Assembly (NCBI GenBank): GCA_965240325.2
Contig: OZ251240.1
Location: forward strand, 186,001 to 250,000
Direction of reading: 5' to 3'
Source of the DNA: Rebecca billardiae RCC1528
Lineage: Eukaryota; Protista; Haptophyta
Length of the DNA stretch: 64,000 nt
This document shows, piece after piece, positions 12,299-23,291 of the stretch. Both the position numbers and the translations under genes were made by a program. Positions within the stretch are counted from its first letter, which is position 1. Each line of letters opens with the position of its first letter. The notes beneath the pieces were generated by a model. That model saw nothing but the letters and a program-made list of their open reading frames with translations. It did not search any database and had not been told where the DNA came from.

Positions 12299-13975
12299 AT
12301 GGGCAAGTCGTCGCGGCACCACCGCGACGAGGCGAAGAAGCACAAGAAGCACAAGTCGAAGGAGAAGCACGCGAAGGAGCGCAAGGCGCACAGGCCGAAG
12401 GGCAAGCACGACAAGCCGCACAAGGACAAGGCGCACCACCGCAGGCGCGCCAGCCCGGCCGCGAGCGGCGGTAGCTCGTCGAGCTCGGAGCAGGAGCGCT
12501 CCGCGTCGCCGCTGCCGCCCACCGCGGCACTGCCGCCGGCGCAGCCGGCGCAGCCCGCCGAGGACCCGGCGGACGTGCTCGCCGAGCTCCTCCGCGCGCG
12601 GCCGAGCGGCGCGCACGAGCTCTGCGCCCTCTTCGACGCCATCGACGGCGGCGAGACCGCGGTGGTGGGCGGGCTGGACGACCAGCTCGTGAGGCGCGCG
12701 CTCGAGCGGCTGTTCGTGGCGAGCGGGCTGCGCGAGCTGACCGACGCGGACGGCGCGGTGGGGTACGGCCCCGCGGCGCACGCCGGCGCGGCTGCCGTGC
12801 CGCTCGGCCCGCTGCTCGCGCGCGTCGTCGCTGAGCTCGGCCTGGGCAGCGCACCGCCGGAGGGGGCGGAGGAGGAGGAGGCGGAGGCGGAGGAGGAGGG
12901 AAAGGGAGGGCCGGCGCAGATCGGGCCGGCGCTGCCGCCGAGCGCTGGGCCGGCACTCCCGCCGCCGCCCGCAGCGACGGCGCCGGGCCCGCAGCTGCCG
13001 CCGCCGCCCGCCGCGCCCGCGGCAGACGGCGACGACGTTGACGGCGACGACGACGGCACCGGCGCCGCGGGCGGTGGGGCCGCGGGCGGTGGGGCGCGCG
13101 TGCTCGGCCCAAGCCGGCCGCCTGACCATGTGCTCGCGCACGCGGCGGCGCACGCGGCCGCGGAGGGCGGTGGTGCGATGGACTCGGTGTGCGACGAGCC
13201 CGACTCCCCAACAGTGGGCCCCTCGCTGCCCGGCGAGGGCGGCGGCGGCGGGTGCGAGCGCGGCGCGCAGGGCAGCAGCAGCGGAGCGCTCTGGTGGCAG
13301 CGCGAGAGCGCGGCCGAGGCCGGCGGCGGCGGCGGCGGTGACGCGGCGGAGGGCGGCGGGCGTGAGGAGTGGATGACGGCGCTGCCGACGAACAGGCACG
13401 GCCTCTTCGCCACCGAGCACGACCGCGCGCGCGGCTTCCTGCGCAACGGCGCCACCGAGCGCGGCGACACCTCCGTGTGGACAGACACGCCCGCCGACCG
13501 CGCGCGCAAGGCGGCCGCGCGCGCGGCGGAGCGCGCGGCCGCGGCCGCCGGCGGCGGCGGCGCGGGCATCCTCGCCGGGATGGGCGGGGCGGCGAAGAAG
13601 CCCGCCGCGCGCGCCGCCGCCGCCCCGCTCCCGCCGCCCGCGCCCTCCGCGCCCTCCGCCCGCACCAAGACCCTCGTCGAGCTGCACAAGGAGCGCGCGG
13701 CGCAGGAGGCGGCGAGCCGGCGCGACGCGGCCGAGGCGGCGGCGGGCGGCGGGGGCGCTCCCAAGCGCGCGCGCAAGGCGGCGGGCGCGGCGGTGGGCGC
13801 GGCGCTCGACTGGGACCCGAGCACGGCGCCGTGGCGGCCCTTCGACCGCGAGAAGGACCTCGACGCGCGCCGCGCCGACCCCGGCGGCGTGCAGCGCGCG
13901 CTCAACGACCGCGTGATGGGCTCGCTCTCGCAAAGGTTTGGCGAGCGCGGCACGCAGGAGCGCACCTTCATGTGA
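12299..13975 (+). CDS. GPALPP1: GPALPP-motif protein 1 (DUF3752 family)
   Basis: Lys/His-rich N-terminus, repeated GPALPP, REEWMT.LP, WTDTPADR, TLVELH, RPFDREKDL and terminal LSQRFG...FM, all typical of GPALPP1/DUF3752. Confidence 0.8.
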   Translation: MGKSSRHHRDEAKKHKKHKSKEKHAKERKAHRPKGKHDKPHKDKAHHRRRASPAASGGSSSSSEQERSASPLPPTAALPPAQPAQPAEDPADVLAELLRARPSGAHELCALFDAIDGGETAVVGGLDDQLVRRALERLFVASGLRELTDADGAVGYGPAAHAGAAAVPLGPLLARVVAELGLGSAPPEGAEEEEAEAEEEGKGGPAQIGPALPPSAGPALPPPPAATAPGPQLPPPPAAPAADGDDVDGDDDGTGAAGGGAAGGGARVLGPSRPPDHVLAHAAAHAAAEGGGAMDSVCDEPDSPTVGPSLPGEGGGGGCERGAQGSSSGALWWQRESAAEAGGGGGGDAAEGGGREEWMTALPTNRHGLFATEHDRARGFLRNGATERGDTSVWTDTPADRARKAAARAAERAAAAAGGGGAGILAGMGGAAKKPAARAAAAPLPPPAPSAPSARTKTLVELHKERAAQEAASRRDAAEAAAGGGGAPKRARKAAGAAVGAALDWDPSTAPWRPFDREKDLDARRADPGGVQRALNDRVMGSLSQRFGERGTQERTFM

Positions 13976-14000
13976 GCGCCTTCATGTGAGCGCCTTCATG
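13958..14000 (+). repeat. Short tandem repeat (GAGCGCCTTCATGT-like x3) spanning the GPALPP1 stop codon
   Basis: GAGCGCACCTTCATGT GAGCGCCTTCATGT GAGCGCCTTCATGG read directly. Confidence 0.8.
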
Positions 14001-14557
14001 GCACGAGCCCACCGGGCGAGGGGGCCGGCGTGCCACGGGATGGGGCGGGCAGTGCGCGCTGCGCCCGAGGTGCCCGGCGAGCGCCAGGCGGTGGCTGCCG
14101 CCTGGCGTGCCGTGCGTCAGCGCGCGCATGGCGATGCTGGACGGACGACGGCTACTGGCCTACGCCTAGTACTGTACTCAGTACGACAGTCGTCCGTCAG
14201 TACCGTCAGTACCGCGTCGTCCGTCCGGCGCCCAACGCCAACGGCCGGCGCGCGTGTCGTCGCCCGATCATGCCTAGTCAGCACGCGGCAGCCGCGATCG
14301 GATCCGGGCCGTGCTGCTGCTGCTGCTGCTGCTGCGTCATCAGGCAGTAGTAACCGTTACCGTATATATTTAACGACGTGGTATGCAACGGGCAAGCGTC
14401 AGGCTCAGAGTGCAGCAGACACATATAGAATGCGTCCGCGCCTTCCGACCAGGTCAGGCAGTGCGCCACCCGCAGCCCTGCCCCCCTACGGGAGCGGGGG
14501 CGGGATGGAGCACCGCCTCGGCCTGGGGCACGCGGCGGCGATATATATAGTAAATCA

Positions 14558-14598
14558 TGGCCCGCGGTGCAGGGCGGAACGCGCAGCGTGGAGCCCGC
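14558..14598 (+). repeat. Dispersed ~41-bp intergenic repeat (other copies 40691-40731, 56281-56321, diverged 56437-56489)
   Basis: TGGCCCGCGGTGCAGGGCGGAACGCGCAGCGTGGAGCCCGC versus TGGCCCGCGGCCCAGGGCGGAGCGCGCAGCGTGGAGCCCGC (3 mismatches). Confidence 0.75.
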
Positions 14599-14690
14599 TC
14601 CGTGGGCACTAATAACCACGTTTCATTATCATTGTGACGAGTTATATTCGTCATCAGTAGTAGTCGTATATTTATATATAATATATATAG

Positions 14691-14691
<1 letters not shown>

Positions 14692-14745
<54 letters not shown>
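14692..14745. repeat. (TA)n microsatellite
   Basis: Uninterrupted TA run between convergent gene ends. Confidence 0.95.
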
Positions 14746-14748
<3 letters not shown>

Positions 14749-14905
14749 CGACGAGTAATGACGACGAATCCGGGATGCGGCGCTACTGCTGATGCTGCTC
14801 CTGATTATTGAGTGATGATGATTATATATTCCAGCAGCGCGCGCCTGGTCAGATGACGACGACAGCAGCGACTGCAAACGTTATCGCGCAGTATCGCTCG
14901 CGAGG

Positions 14906-16348
14906 TCAGTAGTCCGCGTCCTCGTCTGGTCCAGCCGAGTCTCCGGAGTCTCCGCGTGGCGCCTTGGCAGGCTTGGACGGCTTGGTGCCCTTGAGCAGCC
15001 CGAGCACCTGCCCGCGCCACTGGGGCCCGAGCACGGCGGTGGCGGCCGCCGAGTAGTTGAACACGCGCTTGCCCGCCTTGTCGAGGGCCAGCGTGCCCCC
15101 GCGCGCGTCCGGCTGCTCGAGCAGCTGCACCAGCTTGGTCTTCGCCTCGCTCAGCGCGGAGCGCAGCTTGGTGGCGGCCGCGCCGGCGGTGTCGCACGTG
15201 GGCGTGTGCGCGGCCTCGGGCACGGTCGCGCACACGAACGCGCGCAGCTCGTCGCAGTGCGCCCACTTGTGCACGAGCGCGGGCGCGCCGCGCGGCTGGC
15301 GCGCCGCCGGCCGCACGTCGCTGCGCCTGCGCAGGCCGGGCGCCTTGCGCGCCAGCTTGGCCAGGCCCTCGCAGCCGGGCGGGTTGGGCCAGCGGAGCGT
15401 CGCGAGCTCGGCGACCTCGGCGGGGAGGCGGATGCGCGCGGAGCCGAAGGGGGAGGCGGGGTACTCGCCGGGCGCGCCGAGGCCCTCCGTCCAGAGCAGC
15501 TTGTTGAGCAGCCACTGGTCGCTCTTCACGCACGCGGCCAGTGTGCTGTTGCCCCGGCCGCTGCTGCCACGGTCGCTGCTGCTGGCGGCGGTGGCGGCGG
15601 CGGCGGCGGCGGCCGGCTGCCTGAGGGTGAGCGAGCGGCGCAGGGCGCGCGCCTCCTCCTCCATGCGCGCGCACAGCGCGCCCACCGCGCGCGCGCTGCC
15701 GTACACGCTGCCCGCGCACACGTTGAGCGGCCGCGCGCGCCCCATCCGCTCGGCCGTCGCCGCGCCCAAGCACGTGCGCACGCGGCCGAGCTCGAGCGCA
15801 GAGGTCGGCGCCGGGTCTGCGAAGAGGAGCAGCTCCGGCCGCGCGGCGGGGGCGGCGGCGGAGGAGGAGGAGGTGGGTCGCGCGAACGGGTGCCAGAGGA
15901 ACACCACGTCGCGCACGTCGAGCAGCCACACCCGCTCGTACCGCGAGGGCGGCGCGCCGCGCTGCTCCTGCGGCGCCAGCCAGCGGCGGAAGTGGCCCCA
16001 GCGCGTGTGCGAGAGATCGCCCAGCCAGCCGTCGTCGAAGGCGGCGTGCGGCAGCAAGGCGGCGGAGGCGTGCGCCTCGGCGCACGGCTCGGTGTCCGTC
16101 CGCACGTCGAACCCGCGCAGCTGCGCCGCCGCGCGCGTGTCGGCGAGCAGCTCGGCCGACACGCCGAGGCGCACGGCGCCCGTGTACCCGGCGCCGCGCA
16201 GCGAGCGGACGAAGACGGCGATCTCGTCCCAGCCGTAGCGGCACGCCATGCCGAAGACGGCGGTGCGCGCGTCGTCCGGCGCGCGCCCCGCCGCCGGGCA
16301 CGCGCCCAGCGCGAGGGCGCACGCGAACAGGGGGGCGAGGCGCGCCAT
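14906..16348 (-). CDS. Secreted hypothetical protein, nucleotide-sugar transferase-like (DxRDV motif)
   Basis: Signal peptide (MARLAPLFACALALG); FVRSLRGAGYTG, YERVWLLDVRDVVF..PF, CAGSVYG and DQWLLN motifs resemble GT-A-like algal/bacterial proteins. Function is inferred. Confidence 0.6.
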   Translation of the reverse strand: MARLAPLFACALALGACPAAGRAPDDARTAVFGMACRYGWDEIAVFVRSLRGAGYTGAVRLGVSAELLADTRAAAQLRGFDVRTDTEPCAEAHASAALLPHAAFDDGWLGDLSHTRWGHFRRWLAPQEQRGAPPSRYERVWLLDVRDVVFLWHPFARPTSSSSAAAPAARPELLLFADPAPTSALELGRVRTCLGAATAERMGRARPLNVCAGSVYGSARAVGALCARMEEEARALRRSLTLRQPAAAAAAATAASSSDRGSSGRGNSTLAACVKSDQWLLNKLLWTEGLGAPGEYPASPFGSARIRLPAEVAELATLRWPNPPGCEGLAKLARKAPGLRRRSDVRPAARQPRGAPALVHKWAHCDELRAFVCATVPEAAHTPTCDTAGAAATKLRSALSEAKTKLVQLLEQPDARGGTLALDKAGKRVFNYSAAATAVLGPQWRGQVLGLLKGTKPSKPAKAPRGDSGDSAGPDEDADY

Positions 16349-16556
16349 GCACCCAATCCGCCGAGACCGGGCGTTGATGAAGGATGGCGCGGCAACCTGC
16401 CACCGTGAGCCTTACGCACGTTAAAACAAATTATAAACTGTACTTCCTTCCGCGCGCCGGGCTGCCGGCCGGGCGCGAACTCGCCATGGAACCGACGCTC
16501 GCCCTCTCGTTGCGGGGAGCCATGGCACGGCCACGGCACGGGCGCACGCGCGTCGC

Positions 16557-18005
16557 CCCACGCTCGACGACCTGCCGCCAGAAGTGCTCGGACGCACCCT
16601 GTCGCACCTGCTGCCGCGCGCCCTCGCCAGCGTGAACGCCACCGCGCGCCTCTTCCACGCCGCGCCGCCCGGCGGGTGCTCGGCCGTCGCGAGCGCGCTG
16701 CGCGAGCGCACGCGCGCGCGCGGGCACGAGCGCACGCTGCCGGCGTCGCTGCCCTCGGGCGTGCGCACGTGGAAGGAGGAGCTGTTCCTGTGCGAGCGCC
16801 TCGTCGAGCTCGCATGCGCGCACTCGTCTCCCGTGGCGGCTGGTGATGGCTTCTTCAGCGCGTTTGTGGACGCGGAGGGCGGGCTGCACACGTGCGGCGA
16901 GGAGGAGGAGCACGACGCGCACGGGTGGGCGACGGGCGCGTATTCAGCGCACGTGATTCTCGGCCACTCTGGTATGCAGGCGATGCGTGTACCGACGCAC
17001 GTCGCCTCGCTCTCCGCGGTGCGCGTGGTCGCGGTGGCCGCTGGCCAGGCCCACCTGCTCGCGCTGAGCGAGGCCGGCGCTGTGTACGGCTGCGGCAACA
17101 ACGACTGCGGCCAGCTGGGCGTGGACGACGGCAAGATCTGGCGCGCGTTCGCTCCGGTGACGGCGCTGGCTGATGTCGTGCTGGTGAGTGTCTGCGCTGG
17201 ACTCGCTCACAGCGTTGCGCTCAGCGCCGCAGGCTGCGCATACAGCTGGGGCGGCAACGGCTGTGGCCAGCTCGGCCACGGCGACACGAAGGAGCGGTGG
17301 GAGCCGACGCGCGTCGAGGCGCTGGACGGCGTGCGCGTGGGCGGCGTGGCTGCAGGCGACGAGCACACCCTGCTTCTCTCCGCCACTGGCGCAGTGTACA
17401 CCTGTGGCGCCAGCCTCTACGGCCAGCTCGGTCACGGCGACCTGCAGCAACAGCGCACGCCGAGGCGCATCGAGGCGCTCGCGAGCGTGCGCGCCGTGCA
17501 CGTGAGCGCGGGCAATGTGCATAGCCTGGTGGTGGACAGCGAGGGGGCGGTGTACTCGTTTGGGTTTGGTTGGGATGCCAGGTTCGAGCACGAAGGCAGG
17601 CCCTATCAGCTCGCGCCGAGGCGGGTGGACGTATTCGCTGGGGTGTACATCGTGCGCGCGTGCGCTGGCATCTGTTGCAGTGCGGTGCTGGGCGCGGACG
17701 GCAGCGTGCACACGTTCGGGGACGGCGCGCATGGCCAGCTTGGGCGGGGACTCAGAGTCAAGGGCCATGTCCTTCCCGCACGCGTGAGCGCCCTCGCCCA
17801 CGTGCGCACGGTGCGCTGTGCCATAGGCGGCACCCACGCGCTGTACGTGGGTGCAGACGGCAGCGTGTACGCGTGCGGCAAGCGCTCGGCTGCGCTCGGC
17901 CTCGGCATGAGCGCGGCCGACTACGAGCATCGCAATTTGACGGGCGCACCCAGCGGGTTGGCACGCCCGTGCGCGTCTCGACGGCTTGGCGCGCGAGTGT
18001 CTTAG
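16557..18005 (+). CDS. F-box plus RCC1-repeat beta-propeller protein (start unresolved)
   Basis: PTLDDLPPEVLGRTLSHL is F-box-like. Several RCC1 repeats follow (VAAGQAHLLAL..G.VYGCG.N..GQLG; AGDEHTLLL..G.VYTCG...GQLG). No in-frame ATG directly upstream. Confidence 0.8.
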   Translation, partial: PTLDDLPPEVLGRTLSHLLPRALASVNATARLFHAAPPGGCSAVASALRERTRARGHERTLPASLPSGVRTWKEELFLCERLVELACAHSSPVAAGDGFFSAFVDAEGGLHTCGEEEEHDAHGWATGAYSAHVILGHSGMQAMRVPTHVASLSAVRVVAVAAGQAHLLALSEAGAVYGCGNNDCGQLGVDDGKIWRAFAPVTALADVVLVSVCAGLAHSVALSAAGCAYSWGGNGCGQLGHGDTKERWEPTRVEALDGVRVGGVAAGDEHTLLLSATGAVYTCGASLYGQLGHGDLQQQRTPRRIEALASVRAVHVSAGNVHSLVVDSEGAVYSFGFGWDARFEHEGRPYQLAPRRVDVFAGVYIVRACAGICCSAVLGADGSVHTFGDGAHGQLGRGLRVKGHVLPARVSALAHVRTVRCAIGGTHALYVGADGSVYACGKRSAALGLGMSAADYEHRNLTGAPSGLARPCASRRLGARVS

Positions 18006-18501
18006 CTGAGACCGTGCGCGCCCGGGCGGGCCGCCCGGCACCGCTGCTGTCCGACTCGAGTAGTGGATGGCTCCAGCCACAGTCAGGGGCAGCCAGTGAC
18101 CCTATGGGGGGGGCGCATTCAACGCGGAACCCCTGATGGGAGCCGCCAGCAGAGCCTCTCAGACTCGTCGTCAGCACTAAGCAGCAGTATGTACCGTGAC
18201 CGTGTCACATGGGCACTTATTTGTCAGTGGCACTGCCCGGACTCGGGCCGGCGGCCGGTGCTTGAACGGACGACGACTGGACTCTCGCGGCTCGCTCCTT
18301 CGTCCTTGATGCCAACACTGCTGGGCACACTAGCAACAGCTGCTAGCTAGAGTCTAGAGACAGCGTCATCGCCGTATACGGTATACAATCAGCAGACGAG
18401 GGCCCGCGCGAGTCCGTCACGTCGTCACGGCCGCGGCCGCCGCTCCGCCGCTCACGCCGCTGACGAGCCGTCAGCCGTGAGCGGCGGTCTGTCACGTACG
18501 T

Positions 18502-20109
18502 TCACGCGGTGTCCGCGCTGCCGCCGGCCGGCGCGTGGCCGTGCGCGCGCGCGCCCTCGTCTCCTGCGCCCTCGGCCTCGCGCTCGCCCCTGAGCGCGGG
18601 CAGTGCCTCGAGCGTGCTCTGCCGCAGCGCGGCGCGCAGCGCGCCGAGCGCCACATCCACGCCCACCACGCCGCCGCACGCCGCCGCCGCGCCGCCCTGC
18701 GACGCCGCGCCCGAGGCCGCGCCCGCCGCGGCCGCTTCGAGCAGCCGCGCCTCCGCCGCGTAGTAGACGTCGGACATGGCACGCTTGGCCCACGCCGCCG
18801 CGCGCGCGCGCTCGGCGGCGCGCACGCGCGCCGCCGCCGCCTCGGCCGACTCCGCGCCGCGCGCGGCCGCGGCGGCGCCGGCCTCCGCGAGCGGCGGGGC
18901 GTCGTGCGCGCGCGCGCGCTCGGCCGCCGCCTCCGCCTCGGCCGCCGCTCGGCGCGCTTCCGCCGCCTCGGCCTCCGCCTCCGCCAGTGCGCCGCAGAGC
19001 AGCGCGCTCGCGGTGCGCGCGCGCGACGCCTCGGCCGCGGCGTCCGCGGCCGCGTGCGCGCGCGCCAGCTCGGCTGCGGCCGCGGCGCGCGCCGCCGCCT
19101 CGGCCGCCGCCGCGTCCGCCGCGCGCGCCTCCGCCGCGTCCAGCGCCGCGCGCGCCGCGTCCAGTGCCGCCGCCTGCGCGCGGAGGCGCGGCGGCGCGTG
19201 CGCGCGCGGCCGGCGCGCGCCGCATTTGCCGCGTCGAGCAGGTGCGCGCCGCGTCGCGCGCGCGCGCGCGCACGCGCCGCGCCTCCGCGCCGCCGCTGCG
19301 CGCACCTGCGCCTGCGCCTGCTGCTGCAGCTGCTGCTGCGCCGCGCTGCCGTGCGCGCGCGCCGCGCCGATCGCTGCGCCCAGCTCGGCCTGAGCGCGCG
19401 CGCGCGCGCGACCGGGGCGCGCGGCGGCGGCAGTCGCGAGCGGGTGAGGGGCGCAGCAGGCGGGGCCGGTGCCGCGCGCGCGGCCGCGCACGGCGCGCGC
19501 GCGCGCGCAGCGCGCCGCGCCGCGCGGCGCCGCACCTCGGCGTCTGCGCACGCGGCGCGCAGCGCGTGGGCGTGGACGCGCGCGCACGCCGCCGCCTCGC
19601 GCGCGGCGCCGCGCTCCGCCTCCGCGGCCGCGCGCGCGGCATGCGCCTCCGCGCTCGAGGCCACGGCGGCGGCGGCCGCCTCCGAGGCCGCGCGCGCGTG
19701 CGCCGCGGCGCGGCCGCGGCGCGCGTGCAGCGCGCGCGCCGCGGCCGCGAGCGCGGCCGCCGCCTCCTCCTCCTCCGCGTCCGCATCCGCGTCGCCGGCA
19801 GCGCGCGGCAGCGGCACCGCCCCCGCCTCCCCTTCCCCCCCCTGCCCCGCTGCGCCCCTCAGCGCCGCCAGCTGCCCCATCAGCATGGCCGCCGTGCGCT
19901 GCAGGCCGTCCACTGCGCCGCACAGGCTGGGTAGCAGCGCCAGCGAGTGCGGGGCGTGCGCGGACGCGGCGGCGGCGAGCACGCTCGAGGGGGGCGCGGA
20001 GGGAGGGGCGTGCGGCCAGGCGCACGCGGCGGCGCCGCCGCCGCCGCCGACACCGTCGGACGGCGGCGGCGGCGGCGCGCCCTGCTGCGGCGCGCAGGGC
20101 GCCGGCGCC

Positions 20110-20155
<46 letters not shown>

Positions 20156-21589
20156 TGCCGCCGGCGTGCATCGGCGGCAGCTGGAGCGGCGCGACGGCGG
20201 CGGCGCCCACGCCCAGAAGCGGTGGCGACGCGCACGCAGCCGCCATCGCAGCCACAGCGGAGGCAAGGCCGCAGCCGGCGCCGCCGCCGGCCGCGTCGGC
20301 CGCGGCGCGGCCCGGGCTGCCGAGAGCGCAGCAGCTGCTGCCAGCTGATGGGGCGGCGCCGAGCCCGGCGGAGGCCTGCTGCGCGACGGCCAGCCGCGCC
20401 ATGCGGTGCACGAGCGCGCTGCGCGCCTCCGAGCCCTCCGCCTCCGCAGCCGCCGCCGCTTCGCCCGCACAGCCGCCCTCGCCGCATCTCTCAGCCGGCG
20501 GCTGCGGCGGCGGCGGCGGCGGCGGCGGCGCCTGCGGCGGCTGCGGCTGCGGCTGCGGCGGCTGCGGCGGCTGCGGCGGCGAGGCGGGCGGCGGTGGCGG
20601 CGGTGCGCTGAGCATCAGCACGTCCCACGCCCACACGCACGCGCCGCCGCCACCCGCGCCCGCGCTCGGGCCGAGCGCGCACACCAGCCGCCGCTGCCCC
20701 GGCCGCAACGACGCCAGCGCGCGCCGCGCCGCCCCGTGCGGCGGCGGCGGCGCCGCGCCGTGCGCACAGGCCGCGGGCGCGTCCGCGGCGCCGAGCGCGC
20801 ACACGCGCACGGCCGCGCCGAGGGCGGGCGCGAGGAGGGCGATGAGCTCGGCGTGGGCGGCGGCCACGCCCACGCCGACCTCGCCCACGCCGCCCCCGAG
20901 CGCCGGCCCCAGCGCCGCGTCGAGCAGCGGCTGCAGCGCGCCCGCCGCTGGCGGCGGCTGCAGCGCGCAAGCCAAGGCGCCCGGCGGCGGCGCGGCCGTG
21001 GCGCCGCACCCGCCGCCAACGCCGCCAACGCCATCGGTGGGCGCGGGCGGCGGGAGGCACAGCGCGTCGGTGGGCGCGGCGCCGGGCGCGCGCGAGGCAC
21101 CCGCCTCGCCCACGCCGCGCGTCGCGCACACCCGCACCGTGAAGGCCACGCGCACACCCGCGGCCGCGCCGTCCGCCCCGTCCGCGGCCGCGCGCGCGGC
21201 CGCGCCGCCCGCGTGCGCAGCGGCGCGCGCGCCGCCCGCCGCCGCGGCCGCGGCCGCGGGGGCGGCGAGCAGCTGCGCGAGGCGCGCGGCGAGCGCGGCG
21301 GGGACGGGCAGCGCGTGCGCGTCCAGCAGCTCCACGCCCCCTTCCGCCTCCCCGCCCCCCAACCCCTCCGCACCGGCCGCGCCCCGGCCCCGCGCGGCCG
21401 TGAGCGCCGTGAGCGCCGCGTCTGCGCGCGCGAGCGCAGACGCCGCAAACAGGGCGGCGCGCTGCGTCTCGTCGGGGCAGTGGAGGGCCCAGAGGCGGCC
21501 GGCGTCGTCGCGCAGCGGGACGTGCTCCGAGGCGCCGCTCATCGGCGCCGGCAGCGCGGGCTCGAGCGGGCTCTGCGCCAGCAGCGGGC

Positions 21590-21623
<34 letters not shown>

Positions 21624-22029
21624 GCCGGATGCTTCGGCGGCGGCGGCGGCGGCGGCGGGCGCGGCGTCGGGCGCGGCGGCGGCGAGGAGGGCGAGGGCGC
21701 GCGGCGTGAGCGCGGTGAGCGAGGCCGTGCTGAAGGGCGACTTGTCGCGCGGGTTGTACAGCACGAGCTGCGCCGCGCACGGCGCCACCACCGCCCGCCC
21801 CCGCTGCGCCCCGCCGCGCGCCGCCGCCACCGTCGCGCCGCGCGCCACCAGCGCCACCCCGGCCGGCCCAGCTCCGTGAAGCTCCCACGCGCCGTCGCGC
21901 TGGGCGAAGAGGGCCATGGGCGCGGCGAAGCGCGTCTGGACCGGCGGCACGGCCGGCGCCGACGCCGCCGCGCCCGTCGCCGCGCCGTCGTCGGCCGTCG
22001 CGCCGCAGCGTGCCGACGCGCGCGCCGCC

Positions 22030-22074
<45 letters not shown>

Positions 22075-22364
22075 GCGGCCGACGCGGCGCGCGGCGTGCG
22101 CGGGCTGGGCTGCAGCGGGCGCGTGAACGTGAGGTCCACGTCCTCCGCGTCCGCGCGCCCGCCGCCCAGCGCCTCCATGCCGCCCAGCCCCAGCCCGGCA
22201 GCGCGTACGCGCGCACCGCCCTGGCCAGGCGCACCCTCGGCCTCGGCGCTGCCGGCTGCGGCCTCGATCGCGGCGCCGGCGCCCGCGCCGAAGAGCGCGC
22301 GGAGGGAGAAGGCGGGCGCGGGGGGCGTGCCGCCTCGCGCCGCGCCCGCGCGCTCGGCCGCCAT
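18502..22364 (-). CDS. FKBP15/WAFL-like protein with N-terminal WH1-like domain and C-terminal coiled coil; join(18502..19173,19306..19389,19536..22364)
   Basis: SLRALFG, LTFTRPLQP, QLVLYNP, LRDDAGRLWAL, LVHRMARL and KRAMSDVY recall FKBP15 blocks (ASLFG; YTAPKQP; ILLY; YDD..QNWS; SRMAKMG; KKIMNQVF), compared from memory. Two GTGCG..CAG introns keep the frame. No recognisable PPIase domain. Confidence 0.55.
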
Positions 22365-22375
22365 CGCGCGTCGCC

Positions 22376-22618
22376 CTACTGGAAGTCGAACGAGGACGAG
22401 TGGCGCGCCGCAGTCTGCCGGCGCAGCGTCTGCAGGCCCGCGCGCGCGCCCGCGACGAGCTCGTCGGCGCGCGGGCCGGGCGGGGCGCTGGCGTTGGCGC
22501 GGAACTCGGCGCGGATCTCCTCGATGATCGCCGCGCGCTTCTTCGAGGGCCACTCCGCCGCCGCGCGCAGGATCTGCCGGTAGAGCGCGCGCACCTCCGC
22601 CGGGCTGGCGGCGGGCAT
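22376..22618 (-). CDS. LYR-motif (Complex1_LYR) small mitochondrial protein, 80 aa
   Basis: MPAASPAEVRALYRQILRAAAEWPSKKRAAIIEEIRAEFRAN shows the LYR...IR.EFR.N signature. Confidence 0.85.
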   Translation of the reverse strand: MPAASPAEVRALYRQILRAAAEWPSKKRAAIIEEIRAEFRANASAPPGPRADELVAGARAGLQTLRRQTAARHSSSFDFQ

Positions 22619-22867
22619 GCTCCTCTCACGAGCGGGACGAGAAGGTTTTATGCGCGATGATTTTTTCGCGAGCACGCGAGACTTTTTTTTGGTGCGAGAA
22701 GTTCGCGCCCAAACTCGCCGCGCACGCGGAAGCGCAGGACCCCGACGACAGACAGAGAAGTCCGGCTCGGTTCTGGGCCGAGCGCGCGCGGCAACCGCGC
22801 AGTCTGAACTCAAGTCTCAAGACGCCGGCTAGCCCGGCTCGTCCAGACGCGCGGCACGTCAGCAACA

Positions 22868-23291
22868 ATGGTGCGCGCGGTCCACGCGGCCTCCCGGCCG
22901 TGAGCATGCTCGCCGCGCGCGGCCGCGCTCGGCGCACGCGGCGCGGCGGCACGCCGACATGGCGCCACCCCTCCCGCCCCGGCCCGCCTCGCGCGCGCAG
23001 GCGAAGCGTCTAGTCCCGCTCCTCGACCGCGTGCTCGTGCAGAGGATGGAGGCGCCCAAGTCGGTGGGCGGCATCCTGCTGCCGGAGAGCTCCATGAGCA
23101 AGCTGAACGAGGGCAAGGTGGTCGCGGTCGGGCCGGGCCGGCGCGACAAGGACGGCTCGCTCATCCCGATGGGCGTGAAGGAGGGCGACAAGGTGCTCCT
23201 CCCGCAGTACGGCGGCTCTGAGATCCAGCTGGGCGAGGAGGACTTCTTCATCTTCCGCGACGAGGACCTGCTCGGCATCCTCAAGGACTGA
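22868..23291 (+). CDS. HSP10: 10-kDa co-chaperonin Hsp10/Cpn10; join(22868..22870,23001..23291)
   Basis: PLLDRVLV, GGILLPE, VVAVGPG, VKEGDKVLLPQYGG and FRDEDLLG. The ATG is followed at once by a GTGCGC..GCGCAG intron (22871-23000). Confidence 0.93.
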
